A stretch of 64,000 nt of DNA, from positions 142,857 through 206,856 of IMG/VR virus record IMGVR_UViG_3300028883_000032; one strand, given 5' to 3'. Shown here one piece after another: positions 49,543-60,441 of the stretch. Numbering within the stretch: the first letter of the stretch is position 1; each line of letters begins with the position of its first letter. Position numbers and translations under genes: made by a program. The notes beneath the pieces are model-generated. The model had not been told where the DNA came from. It searched no databases and was given only the letters and a program-made list of their open reading frames with translations.

Positions 49543-49890
49543 ATGGAGAGACTCGTGGAACATAAAGACAATCCAGAAAAAGAAAATAGGAGCAATCCTG
49601 ATATTCTTGCTCAGATTTCAACGGCATTCGCTGCCCTGGGCGCTCTTGATTTAAGAATTTGTCAAGTATTTGAGGGTTTGAGAACTCAAAAAGGCGGTGA
49701 TTTGTTTTATGTCGAAAATAGCGAGTTAGCAAAACTCATAATTGAATATTATGGGGATTTGTTAACGCCGACTATAAAACAGGTTGTGTCTGGAGAATTA
49801 AGATACCGAGATTTAATTGAAGAAAAAGACGAAGTTACCCTAAAAAAGATGGCGGAGGAAATGGCAAATGGACCTTTACGAAATAGCTGA
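49543..49890 (+). CDS. hypothetical protein
   Basis: ORF in operon. Confidence 0.55.
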   Translation: MERLVEHKDNPEKENRSNPDILAQISTAFAALGALDLRICQVFEGLRTQKGGDLFYVENSELAKLIIEYYGDLLTPTIKQVVSGELRYRDLIEEKDEVTLKKMAEEMANGPLRNS

Positions 49891-50974
49891 GTTCTTTTCT
49901 GATAAACCTGATGGGGTTTATACAAAAGGTGAAAGCCCAATTCCGGGAGTACATTTTCATAAATCTAGGCATCTGGTCAAGGGAAACTACAGTGAAATAG
50001 AAGTGTGGGAGGGGATTGGATGGACTCCGGACGTCATGCAGTGGCGTGGGCACGTAGTGTACACGGAAGGCGCGTATTATGGTACTTATGCTGCTCAACC
50101 CTTTGACAAATTTTTTAATTATGGTGAAGAGACGGCAGATGCCAGATATGTGAATAAGCTAATGGATGCGTGTGCATCAATGTGGAAACTTGAAAAAGTA
50201 AACGGCACCTTGATTATATTTTTCTATGACCAAATCGACAAAAGATGGAAAGCCAGCACACGTGGAAGATTAACATCATACCTACCTGAAAAATATACGG
50301 ATTTCATTACCATAGCTGAAAAAATAGGTAAAAGTTTTTCAAACCACCTCAACGTAAATAACACATATCTGTTTGAACTAGTAACTCCGGAGGAAGACCA
50401 TATAACAGATTATGGTGATACTGAAGAACTAGTTTGGATAGGCATGCGTGAAGAAAACGGAAACGACCAACTAATCACGGACTTCGTTCATGGTGCATTC
50501 GCACGACGCATGGGAGTTAGGATAGCAAAGAATGAAAGAATCACTGACATAAATGTCGATGAATTAACTGGTTATTCGGACGGCTGTGCAAGCGAAGGAT
50601 TTGTAGTTGCATTTGTTGATCCACATGGTTATATTATGGACAGGGTCAAGATAAAAACAGATCAATACAGAGCCCTTCGTCAGTTTAGAGACAAGTCGGG
50701 AAATCACAACTATCTCCTAAAAACTTTACAACGAGAAGACGGGTTTGAACGATTATTCCTTTTTGTAGCGGAATGCCCGGATAAATGGAGACCAAAAGTA
50801 GCTAAATGGTTTGGAGAAATACTAATAAAGATGGGAAGTGCTTTAGAACACTACTCTCTCTATCATGATACTTCAAGAAAAGAGTACGCTTTATTATGTC
50901 AAAACAGGGATTGGAGTGGGCTGGCATTTATGCTACTAGACGGAAAAAACCTCAAAACAAGTTTTGATAAATGA
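49868..50974 (+). CDS. RNA ligase, T4 Rnl1-like
   Basis: PFDKFFNYGE, EKVNGT, STRG, YLFEL, EGFVV, VKIKT. Confidence 0.85.
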   Translation: MDLYEIAEFFSDKPDGVYTKGESPIPGVHFHKSRHLVKGNYSEIEVWEGIGWTPDVMQWRGHVVYTEGAYYGTYAAQPFDKFFNYGEETADARYVNKLMDACASMWKLEKVNGTLIIFFYDQIDKRWKASTRGRLTSYLPEKYTDFITIAEKIGKSFSNHLNVNNTYLFELVTPEEDHITDYGDTEELVWIGMREENGNDQLITDFVHGAFARRMGVRIAKNERITDINVDELTGYSDGCASEGFVVAFVDPHGYIMDRVKIKTDQYRALRQFRDKSGNHNYLLKTLQREDGFERLFLFVAECPDKWRPKVAKWFGEILIKMGSALEHYSLYHDTSRKEYALLCQNRDWSGLAFMLLDGKNLKTSFDK

Positions 50975-51171
50975 AGGAAGCAACAGCATACGACGTAAAT
51001 AGCTTGGTTTCAGAACTAGAAAGCAGCTTACGAGCATACTTGGAAAATGTTTCAAAAGCAACACTTAAGCAACTTCGAGTATCTTATTGTAGGCTGGTTG
51101 AGTTGGAACCAGCAACAGCAGATATGAGACTTGGATACATTAAATTGCACGTACCAAGTTTTTCACCTTAA
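50971..51171 (+). CDS. hypothetical protein
   Basis: ATGA-coupled ORF. Confidence 0.5.
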   Translation: MKEATAYDVNSLVSELESSLRAYLENVSKATLKQLRVSYCRLVELEPATADMRLGYIKLHVPSFSP

Positions 51172-51183
51172 CCAAGATTAGTA

Positions 51184-51993
51184 ATGCAACATATTGATAT
51201 TAGCATCATTATGCCTATATGGAATGGTGCGGACACGTTGGATAGGGCAATTCATTCATTAATAGATCAAGAATACTTTAAAGCAATTCCGCTGCCACAA
51301 GTAGAATTGGTCATGGTTGACGATTATTCGAATGAACAAACTCGATCCAAAATTAAGGATTGGGTCCGCAGACTCAAAGCCGGCATCACAAGTAATCTTC
51401 ACGTAACAGCCTTAAGACATCTCCGTAACGAGGGCACATCAGTAGCTAGAAACACAGGTATTGATGCGTCCTCAGGGGATGTTATTGGTTATTTGGATGT
51501 AGATGATGAGTATGACCCCTTTCGTATTGTTGACGGCTATTTAGCACTTACAAAGTATTCAAATGCCGACATTTGTTTGAGCCCTTATAGGCTAGACGAC
51601 GGGTCGAAATTGGGAGAATGGCACCCGGAAAGAATTGAAAATATTAATGGTAGGGAACGTGAATTTTTACAAGTATCAAGTATAACAATACCCATCGGTT
51701 TAATGCACACGAGAAAAATATTTGATAAGTGTGTAAATAAATTTGGACATGGGTTTCCACCAGGAATAGTATGTGGTGAAGATGGAGTATTAGTTCGTAG
51801 AATGGCAGATTTGGGTGCAAAATTTACATATACACAATCTCTAGCTGGAACTTACCATATTTCTCAATTTGGTCAAAGTAGAACCCAAAGAAGGCCAGAC
51901 AGCGGTTTGGGTTATGCCTATGATAACCAAGACCCAAATGGAAGTAACGGACAGTACCTAGATAAAATAGCCTTGGAGGCAAAAAATGGTTGA
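51184..51993 (+). CDS. GT-A (family 2) glycosyltransferase
   Basis: ISIIMPIWN, VDDYS, ARNTGI, LDVDD, GED. Confidence 0.9.
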   Translation: MQHIDISIIMPIWNGADTLDRAIHSLIDQEYFKAIPLPQVELVMVDDYSNEQTRSKIKDWVRRLKAGITSNLHVTALRHLRNEGTSVARNTGIDASSGDVIGYLDVDDEYDPFRIVDGYLALTKYSNADICLSPYRLDDGSKLGEWHPERIENINGREREFLQVSSITIPIGLMHTRKIFDKCVNKFGHGFPPGIVCGEDGVLVRRMADLGAKFTYTQSLAGTYHISQFGQSRTQRRPDSGLGYAYDNQDPNGSNGQYLDKIALEAKNG

Positions 51994-52267
51994 TAACCCC
52001 GCCCAACACCCAATCAATGTTCAAAATTTCCTGCGAATCCTTGCCGTTCACGGGTCATATAAGACATTCAAAAAGTTTATGAAAAACCCTGAAGGTTGGG
52101 CAAAAGCAAGAACACATGAAATATGCAGCGGTAACCCAGAGTTAACACGAGCAAATTTGATAGTATTGGCAAGAACGGCAAAAAGATATATAACTGACCC
52201 GGAAGGGTTTTCGATACCACAATCCAGTTATAATAATATGTTTGATTCCCTTAAAACCAAATTTTAA
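51986..52267 (+). CDS. hypothetical protein
   Basis: ORF with GGAGG SD. Confidence 0.55.
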   Translation: MVDNPAQHPINVQNFLRILAVHGSYKTFKKFMKNPEGWAKARTHEICSGNPELTRANLIVLARTAKRYITDPEGFSIPQSSYNNMFDSLKTKF

Positions 52268-52268
52268 T

Positions 52269-52550
52269 ATGTTTGACGAGTTTCAAAAGTCTTTTACAGA
52301 AAGAGATTACTTCGATCAAGAGGAAACTCTTTTTGGTGATGGATTTGAACCTATCCTGATAGCTTGGTATAACGTAGAAAATAAAGATTTGAGAGTGTCT
52401 ACTCCTCCATTTGATGATGGTGTGATATTGACTACTGAATCCATAGTTGCAGTATTAAAAGCCAGTTTAGAAGAATTTGAAAATAAACTTAGTAGTCAAA
52501 AATCAGACAAAGATTCTGAAGAGTCAGATTCCGAATCACCAAAGAGCTAA
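52269..52550 (+). CDS. acidic hypothetical protein
   Basis: ORF in operon. Confidence 0.5.
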   Translation: MFDEFQKSFTERDYFDQEETLFGDGFEPILIAWYNVENKDLRVSTPPFDDGVILTTESIVAVLKASLEEFENKLSSQKSDKDSEESDSESPKS

Positions 52551-53958
52551 AATACGGGATGATCTAACACTAACTAATCCAAAATATGTCGACTCAATAA
52601 AACTTGATAAGTGGTTTAAGCCTTCCCCAAAATTAAAGTTTTATGAAGAAGACCATGATTTTATGTATTTGCCAGTAGGTTATACTTCAAAATTAATAAG
52701 TATTTTGGGTAAAGACAATATTGTTATTAGTGATGAGAGAACAGTATCGGATCTTGATATAAGTTTTACCACAAATATAACCCTTCGTGACTATCAGGAA
52801 AAGGCCGTATCCGAATTACTAAAAAGAACCTGTGGTATAGTGGAGGCTCCGACGGGTACGGGTAAAACCTACATCCTCATAGAAATGATAAAAAGGAGAA
52901 ATCAGAACACATTAATTTTGGTCGATAGTTATGAGTTAGCCGAAGACATGATTCGCAAACTTGTAGAAACAACCAATTTAACAGAAAAGGATATTGGAAA
53001 ATTATGGGGCGGTACACGCTGGAATATAGGACATCAGGGACATCAGGCTCAACACGGACCTTCGGTTACGGTGGGATTGCTACAGACAGTCCGCCTACTA
53101 TCAACGCAAGAGCTAAACCATTTAAACCAAAAATTCGGCCAAGTTCTTGTGGACGAGATACACATCATTGCCGCTCCGACTTATTACGACTGCATGAATC
53201 GGTTGCATATGAGGTATCGGTACGGATTTTCCGCCACACCAGAAAGAACTGACGGGTTAACACCGGTACTTTTCTTTATCACTGGACCAAAAGCAATAAC
53301 TGTAACTAATGAAGAAACACAGGATGTTACGGTGCAACCCACTATTACGGTGATAAACACAGATTTTACGTGGCCACTCATTGACACTGAAGAATACTCA
53401 TACATGGTAAGTGACCTCGGAGTGGATAAAAACAGGAATAAGTTAATTGTTGATCATTATAATTCCATGGGATTTGAGAATACAATGACAGTATTTTTGT
53501 GTTCGAGGCGGAGTCAAATATATGAGCTATGGACCATGCTGGGGAAAGATGGTGGGGTTTTAATATCTAGAATGGATGCGGATGCAAAGCAATCTATGAA
53601 AGAATACTGCGGGTTATCTGACGAAGAAATAATGGAATTCAATAAGTTTTGTAATAAGTCTCACCGTAAAAAGATATTAAGTCATTTACAAACTGGAAAA
53701 ATTAATAAGATTTTTGCCACCATAAAAAAGTTTAACAAAGGAATTGATGCAGATTTACTAGAAAAGATGTATATATGCGGTCCTACAAAATCTCCCATTT
53801 TGCTGCGACAATCAAAAGGTCGTCTTGTGAGAAAATTTAAAAATGGTACTGAAAAGCACCCAGAGATTTTCTTTTTTCATGATATAAAACAATCCCTATT
53901 AAAAACTCAGGGATATCAAGCTATACGGATATTAAAAGAAGCCGTAAAGACACAATAG
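52477..53958 (+). CDS. SF2 (DExH, UvsW/XPB-like) helicase
   Basis: LRDYQ, APTGTGKT, DEIH, SAT, QSKGRLVR. Confidence 0.9.
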   Translation: MKINLVVKNQTKILKSQIPNHQRAKIRDDLTLTNPKYVDSIKLDKWFKPSPKLKFYEEDHDFMYLPVGYTSKLISILGKDNIVISDERTVSDLDISFTTNITLRDYQEKAVSELLKRTCGIVEAPTGTGKTYILIEMIKRRNQNTLILVDSYELAEDMIRKLVETTNLTEKDIGKLWGGTRWNIGHQGHQAQHGPSVTVGLLQTVRLLSTQELNHLNQKFGQVLVDEIHIIAAPTYYDCMNRLHMRYRYGFSATPERTDGLTPVLFFITGPKAITVTNEETQDVTVQPTITVINTDFTWPLIDTEEYSYMVSDLGVDKNRNKLIVDHYNSMGFENTMTVFLCSRRSQIYELWTMLGKDGGVLISRMDADAKQSMKEYCGLSDEEIMEFNKFCNKSHRKKILSHLQTGKINKIFATIKKFNKGIDADLLEKMYICGPTKSPILLRQSKGRLVRKFKNGTEKHPEIFFFHDIKQSLLKTQGYQAIRILKEAVKTQ

Positions 53959-53964
53959 AGGAAA

Positions 53965-55104
53965 ATGATAATGTTACGTTGGCAAATTAACATAGTTTTA
54001 CACGACAACTCCGAATACTTGTTTTTTGATAATTTTGCGAATACGTTTAGTAAGATAGCAATTGCAGATTTTTATTTTAGACATGGGGTAACTTCGAACA
54101 TCTCCCATGATCTTGGTAGGACAATTCGTGGTGTAGAAATAAAATATGTTACAGTAACCAAACCTTCGTGACAAAGGCGGTAAATCATGTCTAGAAAGCA
54201 CACGTCAAAATTTTGGCAAGTCACTCTTTGGTTCAAGTATAACCGTCCACCAATAACGTATATTGCCGAAATGGATTACGGGTATTCGAATCCGAAATTA
54301 GTAGCCCAAAGTATTATAGACATTGGGGCAAAAGTTAAAACATCCTCCGGTGCGGGCGGCTACACGCTCTTTTCAGGAAGTTTAATTGATAAGTTAAAGG
54401 TATGTAAACTTATTAGTAGGAGAATAACATGACTAAATCCCGTATGAGATCGGAAATATGGGAAATAGAAGTCGAATTCTATCCTGAATTTATGCGGCCG
54501 CCGATGACATATAGAGATACATTTCCAGTGGGCATGACTTCAAAAGAAGTAGCCCAAGAGGTGGTGGACGGTGGGATATTTACCCGCTATATTGATTATC
54601 CGGGTTCTGACATTGAACGACTATTTGTAAAGAGGGTATCATGATAAGTAATGTTTTTAGAATTCGAATACGCCGTATTATCGGTACAGGCGATTATACT
54701 ATATATGTAGTTGTACCAATAAAAATATCAAAACTAGAATTAGCGGAACTTATTTTTGAAAGTGGGATAGTTACACAACAAAACATACACATTAAAGCCA
54801 GTAATATTAAATTGATTAATATTACAAAAAAAGCTGAAATATTGGAGGGCTAAAAGATACTATGAGTACTATGAATAGGTGGAAAATAACGGTGATAATA
54901 AAGGACGATAGTGTGGGTGAACGTCCTTTAACTTGGACATCAGAATTTCCAAGTGGTTACACTAGATCGGAAATAGCCCAAAGCATTGTAGATGAAGGAA
55001 TAAGGTTAACTTTAAAAAAGTCAAGAAAGGTCTTTAACTGTAATAAGGATAATATACTTAGGATAACAGTGAAGAATGATGGGGTTGTGTTTTTAGGTGA
55101 CTAA
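53965..55104 (+). other. tandem array of five ~70-80-aa paralogous ORFs (53965, 54187, 54429, 54641, 54862)
   Basis: Shared W.I...P.T(Y/W)...(E/L)(I/V)AQ.I(V/I)D.G...I..I.V pattern. Confidence 0.65.
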
Positions 55105-55106
55105 TA

Positions 55107-55526
55107 ATGAATAAACTACAGATAGACGATCCAGTTAGTAGGTTGTTAAAAGTACAAGAACTTGCTGATGAATCTAAGGATCTTCCACCAACTAGCCCAA
55201 AAAGAACAGAAGAACACCCTTTAAAACCCAAGGATGGGAATGATAAAAGACCTAATTTTAGAATAGTTAGAACGTGCTTAACTTGTAAGCATGGTGTAAC
55301 CTCTGGTCCAAGTGCTGTAAGAATGGCTTGCGCTTGGCCTTATACTACAATAACAATGAAGAAAAAGTTAGGTTGGGAAGGACGAGTAACAAAAAAGTTT
55401 CTTGCCCTTTTAGCCCCAACACACGCAAGCTGTGTTTGCAAAGCTCATAAATTTAGAGGAACCGCAATGAACGGTATTAAGAGAATAGAGCTTTACTGTG
55501 GTGCAGCATATTACGGAGACGACTAG
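55107..55526 (+). CDS. Cys-rich hypothetical protein
   Basis: CLTCKH...C...CVC. Confidence 0.55.
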   Translation: MNKLQIDDPVSRLLKVQELADESKDLPPTSPKRTEEHPLKPKDGNDKRPNFRIVRTCLTCKHGVTSGPSAVRMACAWPYTTITMKKKLGWEGRVTKKFLALLAPTHASCVCKAHKFRGTAMNGIKRIELYCGAAYYGDD

Positions 55527-55528
55527 TA

Positions 55529-55930
55529 GTGTTTAGTATAATTTTTGGTATTTTAGGTATTGTTTCTTTTATAGGGGCAGGAGTGCTTTTTCTCATAATA
55601 AGAAAAAAGATAATAGCACAAAAGTTGGAAACACAAAAAGTATTAAGTAGAGTTAGAAGTAGTGAAGTTCGTACTGGCCTCATTACTGAAAAATTTATTC
55701 CTCTTTTCAAGGAGTTCCCGTTCAACCCGGGCGATGAGGGGGTATCGGTGGTACCCATTTGGCAACCTATCGATGTCATAGGGTTTTTGCCAGAAGAAAT
55801 TGCCTTTGTGGAAGTAAAGACTGGTAATTCCAGACTCAGCCCTTCACAAAGGAATATTAAGAGATTAGTAGAGGAAAAGAAAGTCAAATGGTATACGGTG
55901 AGATTAAAAGGCGAATCCCCGAAGGATTAA
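55529..55930 (+). CDS. Holliday-junction-resolvase-like PD-(D/E)xK endonuclease with N-terminal TM
   Basis: G...EKFIP...PIDVIGF...FVEVKTG.S.LS..QR. Confidence 0.85.
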   Translation: MFSIIFGILGIVSFIGAGVLFLIIRKKIIAQKLETQKVLSRVRSSEVRTGLITEKFIPLFKEFPFNPGDEGVSVVPIWQPIDVIGFLPEEIAFVEVKTGNSRLSPSQRNIKRLVEEKKVKWYTVRLKGESPKD

Positions 55931-58728
55931 GCGTAGCGTTCATACGTAGGATGTTTGTTCACAGGGATGACGTTTTTGCGGTTCAAAAAAGCGACGGAAG
56001 CTATACTGTATTACGGCGACCATTTACCGATCAAGATATTATAGACCACTTAAGAGGACAACACACAATTGGACTATATTGCCTCAAACACGACGGCGAT
56101 GAATCCACGTTAAAGTGGGCTGTGCTCGATATAGATATACATAAAAGTGTGTGGTCAAAAGTTGGATACAAAGAGTCTGATTGGAAAGAGCAGCTGGATG
56201 AACAAGTAGCAAGAGCTCAAACCGAACTGTCCCAATATGGGATTTATAGTTATGTAGAAGAATCAGGTAACAAGGGCAGACATATATGGGTATTTTTTGA
56301 TAAGCCTATAAACGGTATGTTGGCAAAACGTTGTATGGAAGCAATGTTTGGTAGTATGCGAAGTGTTGCTCCCGGCACAATCGACTGGGAAATTTTTCCA
56401 AAACAAGGTAAATTAGTTAACGAAGACAGCCTTGGCAACTTAGTAAAACTTCCTTTTGGTGTCCATCAAAAGTCGCAGAGAGAGTCAGTATTCCATGAGT
56501 TGGAAGACTTTGTTTCCCAGCCAAAATTTGCAACAGAGCAACAACTTACTTCTGCTTTAAATCCAATGGACGCAATATTTCAAAGATGTGAAGCCTTTAG
56601 AATGTTGCGTGATAAAGGTCTGTCAGGTAAGAAGCACTTAATACATGATGAGCGTTTAGCTCTTGCATACATATTTTGGAACTTACCAGATTCTGAAGTA
56701 AAGGAGTATGATGCGCATGAGGGGGCTAAATATATAGAAGAAAAGATATTTAGCAAGCTGTCCGACTATGACCCAAAGATAATTAGAGATTACTACCAGC
56801 ACCACAAATTGGAAAAAACTGATGATAGCGGTGGTATAAAACAGGGTTACAGTCCTATAACTTGCGCAAAATTACAGGAGCAGAAAATATGCCCAGGACC
56901 ATGTGCTGCAATAGGAAACTCAAAATCTCCGATCGCCTTATATTATAAGGCTCTTGGAAAAGAGCGTAAAGAGGACGACTATGACTTTTCTAGAGCCATA
57001 TATAGACCAGATAGATATTTTATTGCCGGTAGAAGATACATGCTGCGCGGAGAAAGAAAGAAAAATCAAAAGACGGGATCCTATTTTCTTGAAGATGATA
57101 CAGTATTGAGTAATTTTGTAATTCGCTGGGACAGGCATATTCGTTATGATGACGGGATTGTGACAAATTCTGAGTTTGAAGGAGTCGTCATGACTCCGGA
57201 GCATGATAGGCCCATACCAATACGGATAGAAGCCGAGAAATTTGCGAATGAGCTTAAATTCCGTACAGAATTGTATAACATTATTGGTACGAGTGTCTAT
57301 ATTGAAAATGATAAAAAACTTAGAGAGGCAGTTTCATCGCTTACAAATCCAGAAACCATTGAAGTAAGAAAGATGTTTGGATATAATGAGGAGTTAACTA
57401 CCTACTATTCACCAAGTGTGATGGTTACCGCAGATTTTGTTAGAGAGAATGATGAATTAACAATTGATCTTTCGGGCACACAAAAGGCAGAACACCTTGA
57501 CTTGGTATTGTTGAAAGATGTTGATTTTAGAAATCTTGTTCAACACATCAAGGACGATGTACTTCAAATACACAACCAATGGTTTATAGGTCATACAGCT
57601 TTCGCGCATGCTATGATGCCAATAATAGCTCCATTTTTAGAGGGAGAAGGAAATCGTTACATATTCCATTTAAAAGGATTAACTGGTTCTGGAAAAAGTT
57701 TTGTAATGAAGCATATGCAGAATTTTTATGGAAATTACAAGGAAAAATCTGTAAGTTTTACATCAACTCCCAACTCAATCCAATATCAGGGGTACTACTT
57801 TAAAGATGCAGTTTACTTGGTTGATGATTATAAAGAAGGAAATATAAAAAACATAAAGGACCTAAGGGGCGTATTACAGAATTATACAGATGAGGGATCT
57901 AGAGATAGACTAAATGCTGATGCAACTGGAAAACCCTCCAGATGGATAAGAGGGTGGTTATGTATGACTGGAGAAGATACAGTAGAAGGAGAGGCTTCAA
58001 ATCTTGCACGAATGATAACTATCACCATACCCAATGCTAAAAAGCGGATGGATAAAGGTAATAGGATGAGGATGAATAGGCATATGTATCCCGGTTATAC
58101 GGCTCGATATATACAGTATATTTTAAATCATAATCGTCACGAAATATCAAAAGTATTTAATGACTACATTCCGTTTTTCTATAAGTTCGTTGAAGGAATG
58201 CAAAACGATGCCAGAATGGCGCAAAATGTAAGCATGCTGATGACATCGTATAAATTTGCGGTATCGTTTCTTTACGACGATAACCGTGAAGTTGTCGATG
58301 AATTGGTGGCACGCATGGAAGAGTTTTTAAAGGATCTTATGCTAAGCCTAATTGAAGAGGCTGCTGGAGAAAGTGCGGCGGAACTATTCTGGGACCAATT
58401 AACAACAATGCTTGCAAAGGATCAAATCTATTTTCAGAGTGGCGCAATCGCCCCTTCTGACGCCATGCCTAAACGCGGAGAATGCATTGGATACTCTGAT
58501 AAGAGGGGAAATTTGTTTATACTTGGCCGTGAAAGCTTTGACATGGTTAAGCGCCGATTGAGAATGGCTGGAAGAGATATAGAACACTCGCAGAGATCGG
58601 TTTTTGAAGATCTTTATAATGACGGCAAAATAATGAGCAACAAGGCTGTTCCTAGAAAAATGAATGGTAAAAGTGTAAAAGTTTATCAATTATCAGAAGG
58701 AATATTGGATAGCCTTGAGGACGAATAG
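55888..58728 (+). CDS. AEP primase - PriL-like - helicase fusion
   Basis: LDID, SGNKGRH, KLP AEP motifs; Cys cluster C...C..C; P-loop GLTGSGKS and VDD. Confidence 0.85.
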   Translation: MVYGEIKRRIPEGLSVAFIRRMFVHRDDVFAVQKSDGSYTVLRRPFTDQDIIDHLRGQHTIGLYCLKHDGDESTLKWAVLDIDIHKSVWSKVGYKESDWKEQLDEQVARAQTELSQYGIYSYVEESGNKGRHIWVFFDKPINGMLAKRCMEAMFGSMRSVAPGTIDWEIFPKQGKLVNEDSLGNLVKLPFGVHQKSQRESVFHELEDFVSQPKFATEQQLTSALNPMDAIFQRCEAFRMLRDKGLSGKKHLIHDERLALAYIFWNLPDSEVKEYDAHEGAKYIEEKIFSKLSDYDPKIIRDYYQHHKLEKTDDSGGIKQGYSPITCAKLQEQKICPGPCAAIGNSKSPIALYYKALGKERKEDDYDFSRAIYRPDRYFIAGRRYMLRGERKKNQKTGSYFLEDDTVLSNFVIRWDRHIRYDDGIVTNSEFEGVVMTPEHDRPIPIRIEAEKFANELKFRTELYNIIGTSVYIENDKKLREAVSSLTNPETIEVRKMFGYNEELTTYYSPSVMVTADFVRENDELTIDLSGTQKAEHLDLVLLKDVDFRNLVQHIKDDVLQIHNQWFIGHTAFAHAMMPIIAPFLEGEGNRYIFHLKGLTGSGKSFVMKHMQNFYGNYKEKSVSFTSTPNSIQYQGYYFKDAVYLVDDYKEGNIKNIKDLRGVLQNYTDEGSRDRLNADATGKPSRWIRGWLCMTGEDTVEGEASNLARMITITIPNAKKRMDKGNRMRMNRHMYPGYTARYIQYILNHNRHEISKVFNDYIPFFYKFVEGMQNDARMAQNVSMLMTSYKFAVSFLYDDNREVVDELVARMEEFLKDLMLSLIEEAAGESAAELFWDQLTTMLAKDQIYFQSGAIAPSDAMPKRGECIGYSDKRGNLFILGRESFDMVKRRLRMAGRDIEHSQRSVFEDLYNDGKIMSNKAVPRKMNGKSVKVYQLSEGILDSLEDE

Positions 58729-59025
58729 TAGGGGAAGTAGTAAAGTAGTAAAACGGTAGTATTTCGAGGGTTTGCAACTTACTGTAAATCCTCGATTTAT
58801 TTTGTAGTTACTACTTTACTACCAAAACTACTTTAAAAATATGTAGAGTCTGTGGAATAAGAGTATGCAATTAGGTTTACTGGTACACAACTCACGCGAG
58901 TATATAAAAATAGTAGTAGTAAAGTAGTAAAGTAGTAAGTAGTAGTATAAGTATATATAATATAATATATTAACCCCCTAAATTTTTACTACCTTTTATA
59001 CCGAAAATACTACCTTACTACCTTC
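58728..59025. repeat. AGTAGTAA/TTACTAC direct and inverted repeats with AT-rich tract, putative replication origin
   Basis: Many GTAGTA/TACTAC units in two inverted clusters right after the primase-helicase gene. Confidence 0.6.
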
Positions 59026-59046
59026 AACCTAAAACCGGGAGAATGT

Positions 59047-59274
59047 GTGAAAGATTTTTACGACTTGAATCCGGGTGATCCAATGCTTAATTGTCACACT
59101 GGAAAGATTTTGGTTATCAGGGAATTAGTGACGGAACACGATGAATTCGGTAATCCTATATGCAATTACATTATTACAAATGAGGGTACGTTTTTACCCA
59201 AGGAGTTAATTTATGTCAATGAAGCTCAACGACTTAGTAGTACAAGTGGAAAAGATGGAAATGATTTTAGCTGA
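59047..59274 (+). CDS. hypothetical protein
   Basis: GGAG SD, GTG start. Confidence 0.5.
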   Translation: MKDFYDLNPGDPMLNCHTGKILVIRELVTEHDEFGNPICNYIITNEGTFLPKELIYVNEAQRLSSTSGKDGNDFS

Positions 59275-59623
59275 CCAAGAGTCGTTGCTACAGTTTTTAT
59301 CAGAAGAAACAGATTCTGTTAATGAACTATTAGAAGAAATATCAGACCATATAGATAGGAAATTAGTACTGCAAACTTTGCTACTAGATACTGATGTCGA
59401 GTTGGCAGAGGAGAAATTTTCTATCTTTGAAGCAATGCTGAAATTAGATCATTTAGATTTACTAATTTTAGTTGAAGCACAAAGTGGAAGAAGAGACAGC
59501 ATACCAGGACTAATTCAGTATGCAACAGCATTGAAATCTATCGTAGATAATGCAATGCTGACTACAGAAGTTCCAGTATTTGACAAAGACGACGAAGGGG
59601 GTGATGCATATAGTAACCAATAA
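59213..59623 (+). CDS. acidic hypothetical protein
   Basis: AGGAG SD; helical. Confidence 0.6.
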   Translation: MSMKLNDLVVQVEKMEMILADQESLLQFLSEETDSVNELLEEISDHIDRKLVLQTLLLDTDVELAEEKFSIFEAMLKLDHLDLLILVEAQSGRRDSIPGLIQYATALKSIVDNAMLTTEVPVFDKDDEGGDAYSNQ

Positions 59624-59629
59624 AACACT

Positions 59630-60382
59630 ATGCACATATTACCAATTGCATCGTCGTCAGAAGGAAACAGTTCTTTCATTTATACAGACGAGGTAAATAT
59701 AGTTATTGATGCGGGTGTACCACTTAAACGTGTTCTCCCGCACATTACAAAATTGAATGCAATTTTTGTTTCGCATGAACATTCTGATCACATAAAGAAT
59801 GCCGGGGTATTTGGGAGAAAATTTAAGTGTCCTGTATACATCCATGCTCGCACGAAAAATAAAACAAAACACCTCGAAGATACTTTAAAAGGATGTGAAA
59901 TTAGAGAGGTACTACCTGGAACTCGAGTATCAATAGGAGACTTGGAGGTATTCCATTTTTCTACTAAACACGATGTTCCAAGTTTCGGATACCTGATAAA
60001 ACAAAAAAATGGTCCAACTCTTTGCTATCTTACAGATTCTGGGATGCTTACCAAAGTAATGGTAAATTATGCCAAGAAAGCAGACGCCCTACTCATAGAA
60101 GCTGATTATGACGAACAGTCTTTAAGTAATTACGAAGGATACGACGACTACTTGAAAGGCCGTATATCGGGCCTAACTGGGCACCTATCCAATCAACAGA
60201 CGATACAGTTCATAGAAACGCTGGGAGTTGATCGTTTTACAAATATTATATTTGCACACCTATCACCGAGAACAAATTCTCCGGAACTACTCAAAGAGCA
60301 AGTTTTAGAGAAATTAGGTGGGCTACAGAAAAAAATGTATATAGCCCCATTTGATACCCCATTGGAAATTATCCAAAGGTAG
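59630..60382 (+). CDS. MBL-fold metallo-hydrolase (YycJ/WalJ-like exonuclease)
   Basis: ASSSEGN, SHEHSDH, HD, TDSG, GHLSN, AHLS. Confidence 0.9.
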   Translation: MHILPIASSSEGNSSFIYTDEVNIVIDAGVPLKRVLPHITKLNAIFVSHEHSDHIKNAGVFGRKFKCPVYIHARTKNKTKHLEDTLKGCEIREVLPGTRVSIGDLEVFHFSTKHDVPSFGYLIKQKNGPTLCYLTDSGMLTKVMVNYAKKADALLIEADYDEQSLSNYEGYDDYLKGRISGLTGHLSNQQTIQFIETLGVDRFTNIIFAHLSPRTNSPELLKEQVLEKLGGLQKKMYIAPFDTPLEIIQR

Positions 60383-60441
60383 GGTTTGACTTTTTGGTGA
60401 TTTTTGTGTATGTTATACATAACAGCCTAACCAACAAAATT

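Noticed and set aside
58728-59025. CRISPR array
   Set aside because: Repeats are 6-8 nt, irregular and inverted, without unique spacers
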